From a virus (taxonomy: Duplodnaviria > Caudoviricetes), in the IMG/VR virus record IMGVR_UViG_3300014613_000090, positions 1 through 27,412 of that record: a stretch of 27,412 nt of DNA. The stretch is one strand, 5' to 3'. The stretch's first letter is position 1. Each line of letters starts with the position of its first letter. Shown here one piece after another: positions 16,332 through 24,872 of the stretch. The position numbers were made by a program, and so were the translations under genes. The notes under the pieces were generated by a model. That model saw only the letters and a list, made by a program, of their open reading frames with translations, had not been told where the DNA came from and did not search any database.

Positions 16332-18686
16332 TTAAGTTGTAGTTACTACAGAAGTATAAACAGGTATGAAGTATTCAGTAGCACCAACCATAATCCTTAT
16401 ACTTCCACCAACAACAGCTGGTAAAGTATTACCTGTCTGCCACATATGAGCAGCGCCTGCAGCAAATCCCGTAAATCTCGCAAAGTATCCATTGTCATCA
16501 ATTACAGCAGTAGTAGCACCAGAAGTTTGTATCCACAAAGCAGATACAGTACCACTCATCGTAGTTGCAGCACCAGTTGTGAATTCGATTTCTACACCAG
16601 CAAGAGTTCCAGAACCTCCTACAGTGCCAGTATTAAATACTATCTCAGCACATATTGGAGCACCAAGTCCTGATACAGAACCTGTAGTACCTAAAGTTAG
16701 CAATCCATAAATAGCATTAACATAACTACCCAAAGCAACAGTAGCTACAGATTGATTAACTTTTAAGGCTTGACCAACACTACCAGCAGTAGTCATAGTA
16801 GAACTAATTAATACTGGAACAGTATCACCAGTACCATCAGCACAGGTAGTAGCAATATAAAGTGCATAGTCATCGTTTGCTGCCGATGTAGTACTTATTG
16901 AAATTGCAGCAGTAGAGTATGCACCAGACATACTTATACCAGTAGTTCCACTACCTATATCAATACCTGTAGTACAATTATTAACGTCCACACCAACTTT
17001 CCAATCAGTTACAGTACCACCATCATCAATATAAATAGCTGCAGAAGTACCAGTTTGAGTAAATGTACCAGCACCAGTTGTCTCAATCTTTAAGCCTGCA
17101 AATATACCACCACTGTCAATAGTGAGTGTCTTACCACTAGCTATCTCAAGTGAAATATCCATACAAGACATTTTACCACCAGTCTTTACAGATGTATCAC
17201 CCATAAGCTCAATATATCCCTGAACAGCAGTGTAAACTCCAGTTCCAACATCAACGGCATCAGCAATCTTTAACTGTCCTTGTACAGACCTAATTGAACC
17301 TGCAGACTGTGTAGCAAGTAAAACTGTCCTTGCTAATACATTTGCTACACTATCAGCAATGTTAGCAGTAGAGTCGTCAGCAAAAAATCCAGCATTAAAT
17401 TCATTAGTAGCAGTTAATGTAACTCCTAAATCTGTTGTATCACCTCTACTACCAGTTGAGATACTATGCCCAAGGAAACCATCTTTAAACTCCAGTGCTA
17501 TAGAAGCATTACTACCCACAGTATTAAAGTTTATATAGTTAGTAGCAGTTCCCACAAATATTAAACTATTAGCACTTTGGTCCCACGTCATATATGCACC
17601 ATTAGTAATACCATACCAAGTCATATCCACGCCTTTACTACCACCTGTAGCTCCTACAGACAGAGTCCCATTAGTATCAGTAGATGGGTTCCAGAATACA
17701 CCACAACCAGTAGTATCACCATATAAAGTTACTAAAACTCCCTTTGTATCCGCACCAAAGTACCATGCTCCGTTTATATCTCCATTAGCATCCCACCAAG
17801 TTTTGTAGGCAGTTACATCACCATACAGGGTGAAGTCCGTACCAGCAGCATCGGCACCCACTTCTACAACTCCTGCAATAAAGGCTGCTCCAGCTACACC
17901 CAAACCACCTGCAGTATGAATAGAACCAGTAGTTGAACTAGTCGAAGCTGTCGTACCAGCTACACCTAATTGAGTTGCAGTGCCTACTAACAAAAGGTCA
18001 TCCGCACTTCTATCCCATATTAAGTAGTTTCCTGTAGTTGTACCGAATGCCTTAAAGTCTACTCCCTTAGTATCTGCACCTAAAGTGAGTGAGCCATAAG
18101 TATCTCCATTTTGGTCCCAGAAGAAGTCAGCAGTTGCTTCATCACCATAAAAAGTTACATCAAAACCAGCACCACTAGCTCCTACATTAATACCTCCATT
18201 AGAAGTTATCAGCCCAGTAACTGTAAGTGGAGGAGTTATTGTAATTGCATCGGTATCTGTGCAGAACACTATCATATCAGTAGAGCCACCCACAATACTC
18301 AAAGCATCAGCAACCGTATCCTTCAGGGTTATATCATATACTCCAGTTCCACTTACTGACATATCTAGGTCATCTCCAAGGAATAACTGTTTAGCACAAG
18401 CAATTCCACCTGGGGTAACTATTGAACCTACGGTAAGACTAGAAGCATCTGTAGTATTAGTAATAGTCATACTAGTATATGTATTAGCTACAACTTCTGT
18501 TGCTATGGTAACTCCATCCGTATCATCTATCTTCATTATAGAAGTGCCATCTGCGTTCACATAATTTATATAAGTATTACCAGCATCCTTTTCTACAAAT
18601 AACCCAGCAGCAGTAGCCCCAACTCCTATTGTAAAAGTAAGTAATAAAGATAGAACTATTAAAAATATCGAAATTCTCTTAAACAT
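16332..18686 (-). CDS. Large fibre-like protein (784 aa) with N-terminal signal peptide
   Basis: MFKR-ISIFLIVLSLLLTFTIG-VGA signal; fibre repeats T..SS.T.GSI.T.GG (x2) and G.D..G.D...YG.T.G....WD.S.D (x5); C-terminal GSIRIMVG.TEYFIPVY. Confidence 0.75.
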   Translation of the reverse strand: MFKRISIFLIVLSLLLTFTIGVGATAAGLFVEKDAGNTYINYVNADGTSIMKIDDTDGVTIATEVVANTYTSMTITNTTDASSLTVGSIVTPGGIACAKQLFLGDDLDMSVSGTGVYDITLKDTVADALSIVGGSTDMIVFCTDTDAITITPPLTVTGLITSNGGINVGASGAGFDVTFYGDEATADFFWDQNGDTYGSLTLGADTKGVDFKAFGTTTGNYLIWDRSADDLLLVGTATQLGVAGTTASTSSTTGSIHTAGGLGVAGAAFIAGVVEVGADAAGTDFTLYGDVTAYKTWWDANGDINGAWYFGADTKGVLVTLYGDTTGCGVFWNPSTDTNGTLSVGATGGSKGVDMTWYGITNGAYMTWDQSANSLIFVGTATNYINFNTVGSNASIALEFKDGFLGHSISTGSRGDTTDLGVTLTATNEFNAGFFADDSTANIADSVANVLARTVLLATQSAGSIRSVQGQLKIADAVDVGTGVYTAVQGYIELMGDTSVKTGGKMSCMDISLEIASGKTLTIDSGGIFAGLKIETTGAGTFTQTGTSAAIYIDDGGTVTDWKVGVDVNNCTTGIDIGSGTTGISMSGAYSTAAISISTTSAANDDYALYIATTCADGTGDTVPVLISSTMTTAGSVGQALKVNQSVATVALGSYVNAIYGLLTLGTTGSVSGLGAPICAEIVFNTGTVGGSGTLAGVEIEFTTGAATTMSGTVSALWIQTSGATTAVIDDNGYFARFTGFAAGAAHMWQTGNTLPAVVGGSIRIMVGATEYFIPVYTSVVTTT

Positions 18687-18703
18687 TTTGTTTTCTCACC
18701 TCC

Positions 18704-19018
18704 CTATGTTTTAAAACCTATTGCTAAATATGCTATGCTTCCAAGAAGAGTACTCAAGTTAGTACCGTTAGCAACCTCTACTCCAGCTAAGAATACCTTT
18801 ATCTTATCAGCTGTAGAGTCATACTCAAAAGTATATCCATCTTTAGAAACCAAATTCAAAAGTAGTAAGTATCTAAAGAGGTCGCTAAAGTCTGATGCGT
18901 CTACTCCGTCTGTTGCATAAGATGTGCCTAAATTTACAGTACCAAAGTCAACCATAACGTTCCAAGCATCAGGCATAGCTTTTGGAAACTGTAGTTCCGA
19001 ACTTAAAGTTATAGCCAT
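18704..19018 (-). CDS. Head decoration-like structural protein (104 aa)
   Basis: SY.T.G...GY.FEYD....K.KV....EVANGTNLS pattern, recalled from small proteins that follow capsid genes; AAGGAGG RBS. Confidence 0.55.
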   Translation of the reverse strand: MAITLSSELQFPKAMPDAWNVMVDFGTVNLGTSYATDGVDASDFSDLFRYLLLLNLVSKDGYTFEYDSTADKIKVFLAGVEVANGTNLSTLLGSIAYLAIGFKT

Positions 19019-19033
19019 TATCGTTCCCTCCTT

Positions 19034-19056
19034 ACAAAGTCAATTATTGATTTTAC
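19034..19056. promoter_or_regulatory. 23-bp palindromic operator-like motif, copy B (ACAAAGTCAATTATTGATTTTAC)
   Basis: Same TCAATTATTGA core; 15 nt upstream of the 19018 start; immediately downstream of a terminator. Confidence 0.65.
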
Positions 19057-19057
19057 G

Positions 19058-19092
19058 AAAACTAAGGGAGCCCCTCATAAGAGCTCCCCTAA
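19058..19092 (-). terminator. Intrinsic terminator after the capsid and decoration genes
   Basis: Minus strand TTAGGGGAGCTCTT-ATG-AGGGGCTCCCTTAG followed by TTTT, 4 nt after the stop codon. Confidence 0.7.
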
Positions 19093-19096
19093 CTTC

Positions 19097-19828
19097 TTAC
19101 TCTAACATGTAGTAAATTAAACCAGATTCACTAGCTACAAACGCAGAGAATGCTTGACCAATAATAGGTGCATGCAAATTAGTTGCTCTCTTTAGTACAT
19201 AGGCACCATTAGCCATAACATATTCAGTAACAGCAATAGAAGCCGCAGTAGCTACAGCAGGACCAACACCTCTTACTTGCAACCAGAAGTAGTATGCACT
19301 AGTTACATCTACAGGAGCCCCGCCTAATATCTTTCCAGTACCAGCATTAGTTATTACTCCATTATATGGATTAGCTATTATGCCAACTGTATGACCAGAA
19401 ATAGCTACAGCTACTCCTACTTTATCCCTAAGCTTAAAAGTAACAGTAGCAGCTGCACCAGTAGTAAACACGGTGTTACCCTTAATCTTTCTGCATAGTC
19501 CAATTTCTGTTCCTGCTTCAATTATTATGTATCCACCAGCATAAGCATCAACGGCAAAACTAGCATGCCCAGTAGGAACTGTTAACTTTATCTCCCTATC
19601 ATCTGCTTTTACAGCTGTTTGTATTGCCATACTATTGTCATTAGTAGCATCCACAACAGGAGCCTGTACTAAATGCCCTACAGTAATCCCAGCACCAGCC
19701 TTAGCATACTTGTATACTCTTCCATCAGCAAAAGGCAACTGATATCCTAAGTCTGCATTTTGCTGAACTGAGTGTTCAAATAACCCTTGTGGTGGTCTAA
19801 TATTTCCTTGTATTAATGCATCTAACAT
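19097..19828 (-). CDS. Capsid cement / decoration protein (243 aa)
   Basis: LG......DGRVYKYAKAG and YYFWLQVRG motifs; Ala/Gly/Val-rich beta protein directly after the MCP. Confidence 0.65.
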   Translation of the reverse strand: MLDALIQGNIRPPQGLFEHSVQQNADLGYQLPFADGRVYKYAKAGAGITVGHLVQAPVVDATNDNSMAIQTAVKADDREIKLTVPTGHASFAVDAYAGGYIIIEAGTEIGLCRKIKGNTVFTTGAAATVTFKLRDKVGVAVAISGHTVGIIANPYNGVITNAGTGKILGGAPVDVTSAYYFWLQVRGVGPAVATAASIAVTEYVMANGAYVLKRATNLHAPIIGQAFSAFVASESGLIYYMLE

Positions 19829-19838
19829 TTTAAAAATC

Positions 19839-19897
19839 CTCCTTCGATTTTTATTTGGCTTATCTCCGAAGGAGCATTGGCTTGCTCCTCGGAGGAT
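19839..19897 (-). promoter_or_regulatory. Structured intergenic RNA element containing an anti-Shine-Dalgarno arm
   Basis: Hairpin TCCGAGGAGCA-AGCCAA-TGCTCCTTCGGA; its 3' arm CTCCTTCG is exactly complementary to CGAAGGAG at the next gene's RBS. Confidence 0.5.
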
Positions 19898-19906
19898 ATC
19901 ATTTAA

Positions 19907-20890
19907 TTACGCTATATCATATATTACACCAAGACTCTTCCGTCTATCACAAATAACCTGAAGAGCTATACAAATTTGAGCAGCTCTATCTTTGACCTGA
20001 TTAGGAATATCCTTCCAAGATGTCAAGTCAAAGTTAGCAGCTGGGTCAATAACTAACTTAAGGATTTGGGTATTAACAACATATAAGTTTCCACTGTTAG
20101 CATGTTCAGACCAAATTATAGGTCTGCCCTTAAACTGGATGTTTTCAAACTGAGCATCCCCTAAAGTCTTATTATATATTCTGTGTTGTTCTAATGTGTT
20201 ATCTTCAATATTCTCATATATCCCCTGAGTAGTTATAAACGTATCAGGTCTATATGATTTCTTACCCTTACCACAATCATTAAGCATAGTTCTCATTCTT
20301 TTGTCTAACCATACAGAAGGCTTTTCACCAGACATACTTACAGCATTATTCTCCCACCAAGTCTTAACACTAGAGTCTACACCACCAAGAGTTCCTCTAC
20401 TACCAGTAGCTGCAGCAACTATTATATTACTGAAGCCATTAATATCGTCTCCACTACCACTTCCAAATAACTGTTGCTCTAACTGGTCATTACATTCACT
20501 CTTAGCAGTTTCCATCTCTAAGTTCATCTGATTAATTATCTGATATTTTCCTCTGTTCTGTAAATCTTCCTGCCAGTATCTCACAAGAGAAATTGCAGCA
20601 TATGCCCATTTGTAGATGGCATCTGTTGCTTTTTCATCTCTAGATAGGTCAATAGTTCCACCCTTATGCATCATTTTGAAGGTTGAATTCCTTCCATACA
20701 GTAAAGGTCTTACTATAAACTTACCACCAGGAATATAAATAACAGCGTTCTTAGCCTTATAGAACCAGAACCACAATGGGGTCTCACAGAATACCTGGTC
20801 TATAGCTTCCTTCCTATGGTCTCTCCAAGTCGTTGTATATAGGTCGTCAAGGTCTTGAGTCAACTGCGAATTAGAAATACTCCAACTCAC
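19907..20890 (-). CDS. Major capsid protein (about 327 aa)
   Basis: Located after the scaffold; D.L.TTT.......A.D.VF...PL, GG..I..PL.YG.N, GGVDS....WWEN, PD..ITTQ..Y, F.NI.FKG.PI motifs; GTG 20890 has GAGGTG at good spacing (track start 20899). Confidence 0.88.
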   Translation of the reverse strand: MSWSISNSQLTQDLDDLYTTTWRDHRKEAIDQVFCETPLWFWFYKAKNAVIYIPGGKFIVRPLLYGRNSTFKMMHKGGTIDLSRDEKATDAIYKWAYAAISLVRYWQEDLQNRGKYQIINQMNLEMETAKSECNDQLEQQLFGSGSGDDINGFSNIIVAAATGSRGTLGGVDSSVKTWWENNAVSMSGEKPSVWLDKRMRTMLNDCGKGKKSYRPDTFITTQGIYENIEDNTLEQHRIYNKTLGDAQFENIQFKGRPIIWSEHANSGNLYVVNTQILKLVIDPAANFDLTSWKDIPNQVKDRAAQICIALQVICDRRKSLGVIYDIA

Positions 20891-20902
20891 GATACTCACC
20901 TC

Positions 20903-21631
20903 TTATTTTTTGTATTTGCCAAAGATGTGGTCAAAGTTTCGTGACCCTGCTTTTTCCAAAGATAAGTCCATTTCCTTAGTAAGTTCTCTCGTACCTTCCC
21001 CAGGCTTTACGGTGCTATTAGGAATTCTTTGCTCAACATATTTAGGAGCAACCTTTCCAGAGACTAATGTATATATTTCATCTATACTAACCCCCCTAGT
21101 TGCATCAGCCTTTTCCTGCATAGCAGCACCATACTTATCAAATTCAGCTCTTCCTGCTCTACTTATGAAATCATCAACTGTAGACTTTGCACTAATGTTT
21201 GCCTGTCCAGATATAAAACCAGATATTCTACCAGCTAAGGCATCTATCTCAGGCTTAACATTAGCAGTAACGACAGTACCTACTTTAGCCAATGTATGTT
21301 GCAGAAACTCTTGTCTACTCATAGCCTCAAGTCTCCGTCCCTCTTCCTCTGTTTGCTCTGGAGTAGGCTTAGTCTCTACCCTTTCTACAGGCTGTTTCAT
21401 AGAGTTTGCAAGTTTAGAAAAGAACTCTGGGGAAGTAAACACTTCCATAAGTCTCCTCTGACTTTCTTCCATTTTTTGCAGTCTCAAACTCGCTTCTTCT
21501 TCCTTCTTTGACATTTGTTCCTTAGAAGTATCGTCTTCCTTCTTCTCAGTTTCCTCGCCTTCTTCTGGCACAATACCAGCTACGACAGTCTCGTCAATTA
21601 TTTCTATCTCATCATGTTTATCTTTAGGCAT
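20903..21631 (-). CDS. Capsid scaffolding protein (242 aa)
   Basis: Acidic N-terminus, helical/coiled-coil, immediately upstream of the MCP; AAGGAGG RBS. Confidence 0.7.
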   Translation of the reverse strand: MPKDKHDEIEIIDETVVAGIVPEEGEETEKKEDDTSKEQMSKKEEEASLRLQKMEESQRRLMEVFTSPEFFSKLANSMKQPVERVETKPTPEQTEEEGRRLEAMSRQEFLQHTLAKVGTVVTANVKPEIDALAGRISGFISGQANISAKSTVDDFISRAGRAEFDKYGAAMQEKADATRGVSIDEIYTLVSGKVAPKYVEQRIPNSTVKPGEGTRELTKEMDLSLEKAGSRNFDHIFGKYKK

Positions 21632-21642
21632 AATAACCCTCC

Positions 21643-21978
21643 TTATTTATTACCTATCGCTCTATTTCTCACATATTCGTGAAAATCTAAAATTAAATAC
21701 TTTCCAGCTAAATTAATATCTGAAGGTACCCAATCACCTTGAAACTTAATCACTATAGAATTATTTTTATCCTTGTCGTTTATTGTAATAGTAGCTTTCC
21801 TAATGTGGTCAGGAAGTTCCTTCTCTTTTACAGGCTTAGGTTTATCCTCATGTACAGGTCCTAAGACAGCCTCATCAACTTTAAATATTTCCTTCTCAAC
21901 TTCAGTTAGTCCTGGCTTATTAACATATATAGGCTTACCTAAGTCTTCAAGTTCCTTCAATTCATTCACCTTACTCAT
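21643..21978 (-). CDS. Hypothetical protein (111 aa from ATG 21978)
   Basis: AGGAGGG RBS precedes MSKVNELK; start revised from the track. Confidence 0.65.
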   Translation of the reverse strand: MSKVNELKELEDLGKPIYVNKPGLTEVEKEIFKVDEAVLGPVHEDKPKPVKEKELPDHIRKATITINDKDKNNSIVIKFQGDWVPSDINLAGKYLILDFHEYVRNRAIGNK

Positions 21979-21992
21979 AACATCCCTCCTTT

Positions 21993-22274
21993 TTAATCTA
22001 ATATTGGAGATATGCAATTATGTTTCTTGCACTCCTCCCTCAACTGACTCTTAGTAGTTACACTTACTATGTCATCATCTTCCTCAGTCATATGCTCTAG
22101 TACCAATGGTTTATTCTCTCTCCCAAACATAGTAGTACACAAACCAACACCTACAATTTGTATCTCAGTATCACCTCCACACTTAAAACATTTTATCTCA
22201 TTCCTAGTTTCAATCTTAGCTAAAGCATCAAATATATTACTGCACTTTCGGCATTTTACCCGGTACGTTGGCAT
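21993..22274 (-). CDS. FmdB-type zinc-ribbon protein
   Basis: MPTY..KCRKC...F........IKCFKCGG; overlaps the 3' end of the portal gene. Confidence 0.8.
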   Translation of the reverse strand: MPTYRVKCRKCSNIFDALAKIETRNEIKCFKCGGDTEIQIVGVGLCTTMFGRENKPLVLEHMTEEDDDIVSVTTKSQLREECKKHNCISPILD

Positions 22275-23955
22275 TCTTCATTTCCCCTCGTATTTGATTT
22301 CCTAACGCAGCACCTGGCATAGCTTGTTCCATATTATTTCCCCAACCAGGAGCATTCAGTAACCTATCAGGATTGGCTTCAGGATATTGTTCTAATAAAA
22401 ATGTAGCAAGTTCTAAAGGATTAAATAGTTGGTCCTGCCTACCAATTTGATAAAGTTCCATTGCATTCTGCTTCCTAACCTGTATATTATAAGGTAAGCA
22501 CTCATCAGGATTTACTATATAATCGTAGTCATCTATTAAATCTCTACCCTGATATATAGCCCACTTAGTCTGTCCTAAAGGAGAAGTAATAGGAATTATC
22601 CCTTCGGAAGTAGCCTGAAAAGCAGATATCATTTCCAGTATCTTCTTACCTATCTTAACCAATAAGTCTGCTGCTACATCCCTTCTCTCATCTATTCTCA
22701 ACTCAGAAGCGACTTGAACTATCGTTGCCTCTGTTGCAGTCTTTCTACCTGGGGAGTATTCCCCAGCTTGGTTAGAACTCATACCAAGCATATACCTAAC
22801 ATCACTTATTACCTGTTCAGATAAAGGCCCTAACTCCATAGGTACATGGGGTTGTAACAACATGATTGAGTCCTTAATATTTGCTCCTCCAGTAATTTCC
22901 ACAATAGGCATAACTACACCACTTAGAAACTTCTTCTTGTCCTCAGGAGTCATAGAACCCTGCGAGACTATTGCCTTAATTGTGGCTGCAGCCCTATGTG
23001 CCCGTGCCTGTGTTCTAATCTCATTCAACTCATCCTGTTGAGGCATTATAATCCTTGCATCGGGTACGCCCCAGAAACTATTTAAGTCAGAATTAAATAT
23101 CATCTCAGCAGCAGGTAGGTCGTTAAACTGCAAGTTATCTATTTCCTTAACTAAAAACTTTGGATGGTCTATAGAGAGTACATATATCATTCTAGTCTTA
23201 TAATCTCTAATCTCCCATATCTCCGCATACTCATCATCATCCATCATCTCTTTATATATTTCATCAGAGTAAGCACCTTCACACTCAATCTGTCTATTAG
23301 CCTTTACATCCTTTCTGTTAGGTAAGTACCTTCCATCTTTCTTAATGTCATCAACTAGTCTAATAGCTCTATGTGCTATCCAAGGTGCTGTAGTTATAGA
23401 TGTAGTACCATAAGGAACAATAGTATCCAGAGGCCTCTCCCTCAATACCCAAGGAGACCCAGGAAATATATTCTTATTATATTCTATATAATTCATATCA
23501 GAAGCAAACCTATCAGTAGTTCCTTGCCCCTCAAGTAAAGGATTAGCATGTTCAGGCTTGTACCCATATTGCCCATCATATCCATAGAAGAGAGTAGCAA
23601 TACCGTTACCATAGTTATCAGCAACCATCTTCTTCATTTCACCTTTAATATTAAGCTTCCTTATGTACCAGTTTACAGTGGTTTCTGCAGCTTTAAGCTT
23701 CTCATAAGGTATCCTGTTGTTATTCGGTTGCAAGGTTATTCTTGGATTACGAGCATATATCTTTGGTATAATAGCTTTACCAAAAGCATGTATGAGGTTA
23801 ACAGGAATTATATCCCCTTTATCTTCCCAATCACACCTCATTCTCCTCTCATACATAGCCCAAGAGTCAGGCTTACCATACTTACTCTGATACTTAATTC
23901 CCTTCTGTATTCGTTCTTTCCACTTTTGTAATAGTTCTCCATCTGGTTCAATCAT
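22237..23955 (-). CDS. Portal protein (572 aa, podovirus/P22-like)
   Basis: VNLI......IIP.IY.RNP, Q.ELNEIR, KTATEA.I, RIDERR motifs; located between terminase and scaffold. Confidence 0.88.
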   Translation of the reverse strand: MIEPDGELLQKWKERIQKGIKYQSKYGKPDSWAMYERRMRCDWEDKGDIIPVNLIHAFGKAIIPKIYARNPRITLQPNNNRIPYEKLKAAETTVNWYIRKLNIKGEMKKMVADNYGNGIATLFYGYDGQYGYKPEHANPLLEGQGTTDRFASDMNYIEYNKNIFPGSPWVLRERPLDTIVPYGTTSITTAPWIAHRAIRLVDDIKKDGRYLPNRKDVKANRQIECEGAYSDEIYKEMMDDDEYAEIWEIRDYKTRMIYVLSIDHPKFLVKEIDNLQFNDLPAAEMIFNSDLNSFWGVPDARIIMPQQDELNEIRTQARAHRAAATIKAIVSQGSMTPEDKKKFLSGVVMPIVEITGGANIKDSIMLLQPHVPMELGPLSEQVISDVRYMLGMSSNQAGEYSPGRKTATEATIVQVASELRIDERRDVAADLLVKIGKKILEMISAFQATSEGIIPITSPLGQTKWAIYQGRDLIDDYDYIVNPDECLPYNIQVRKQNAMELYQIGRQDQLFNPLELATFLLEQYPEANPDRLLNAPGWGNNMEQAMPGAALGNQIRGEMKNANVPGKMPKVQ

Positions 23956-24167
23956 TTTTTACGTTTTTCCTTTATAGCTTTAGATAGAGCGGGTCCTTTA
24001 GCACCCTCTCTCGCTTGGTCATAAGCCATAGCAGAACAAATTTCCATAGCCTTCTTTGTAGAAGCCACAGGATTTCCGCTGACTTGACCAGTTTCCTTAT
24101 ACTTACTCATGCAATGACTAATGTTAGTACTAACTACATCCTTAGAAGAACCCTCTTTTAGTGGCAT
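23952..24167 (-). CDS. Small basic phage protein (71 aa from ATG 24167; MPLKEGSSKDVVSTNIS...)
   Basis: AGGAGG RBS before ATG 24167; ATGA overlap with the portal start; resembles MPLKKG.S...IS.NI small head-region proteins. Confidence 0.7.
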   Translation of the reverse strand: MPLKEGSSKDVVSTNISHCMSKYKETGQVSGNPVASTKKAMEICSAMAYDQAREGAKGPALSKAIKEKRKK

Positions 24168-24288
24168 AAAAATCCTCCTATCCCCCAACCCTTGGCTGAC
24201 CTTGGGGAAACCCTTCTTGGTTATTAAAAAATGACTTATCAAATCCTTACGGCATAACTACCCTGGTTGTCCCTTGGGAACCATAGGT

Positions 24289-24390
24289 TCATATACTCAT
24301 ATAGTAAAAACATGTTCCTATATAGAGTATAAGTCCCAGTAATATAACAGAAGCTATACCTGCTATAAATCCTTTCCAGAATGTTGACAT
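24289..24390 (-). CDS. 33-aa single-transmembrane peptide (MSTFWKGFIAGIASVILLGLILYIGTCFYYMSI)
   Basis: Below the ORF-track cut-off; GAGGTG-AAAA-ATG; one hydrophobic helix. Confidence 0.6.
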   Translation of the reverse strand: MSTFWKGFIAGIASVILLGLILYIGTCFYYMSI

Positions 24391-24524
24391 TTTTCACCTC
24401 TAAGTTTTTGCCTAGGCGTGTATTGATTGAATTCTATTAATATGAGTTCTGCCTTCTCTCTATCAGTTAAATCTATGTTTTGAAGAATAGTATAAATTCT
24501 ATCTTCTAACTCTTTCCAAAGCAT
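24363..24524 (-). CDS. Hypothetical protein (53 aa from ATG 24524)
   Basis: TAATG coupling with the stop of the 100-aa gene; start revised from the track. Confidence 0.5.
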   Translation of the reverse strand: MLWKELEDRIYTILQNIDLTDREKAELILIEFNQYTPRQKLRGEKCQHSGKDL

Positions 24525-24826
24525 TATAGTGTAGCACTTCCCCTTACATGGTATAGTCCAGTGGCTCCAACTAGAATTGCCACAATTCCGAGAGGGCACT
24601 CTATACTTCCTGGGCTATCTGAAGAACAGGCACCTGCCTCTCCAACAACACTTACCTCTCCAACCATGTTGTCTGCAGTAACATCAGCAATAGCTACACA
24701 GTTGTGTATCTGCAATGTACATGCAGTTGCTCCTGATGTCCTTAATATGCACCCGGTATAAAAGAACTTCTCATCTATTATTACTGCACTGGCAGCTTTT
24801 TGCCCACTTGTGTAAATTCCTGGCAT
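24524..24826 (-). CDS. Small beta-rich, possibly structural protein (100 aa)
   Basis: AAGGAGG RBS; Gly/Ala/Cys-rich beta pattern. Confidence 0.65.
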   Translation of the reverse strand: MPGIYTSGQKAASAVIIDEKFFYTGCILRTSGATACTLQIHNCVAIADVTADNMVGEVSVVGEAGACSSDSPGSIECPLGIVAILVGATGLYHVRGSATL

Positions 24827-24847
24827 TTTTTACTTTCCTCCTTTTTC

Positions 24848-24870
24848 GTAATGTCAATTATTGACTTTAT
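24848..24870. promoter_or_regulatory. 23-bp palindromic operator-like motif, copy C (GTAATGTCAATTATTGACTTTAT)
   Basis: Between the terL stop and the next RBS; same core as copies A and B. Confidence 0.65.
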
Positions 24871-24872
24871 AA

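Noticed and set aside
11475-18686. Diversity-generating retroelement acting on the fibre tips
   Set aside because: There is no reverse transcriptase in the window, and I saw no near-identical TR/VR pair differing at adenines. The paralogy of the 210-aa and 420-aa proteins is old and only at protein level.
3947-21511. Nested same-strand alternate-frame ORFs at 3947-4165 and 7561-7770, and the antisense ORF at 21296-21511
   Set aside because: They lie fully inside longer genes, with no RBS or motif support.
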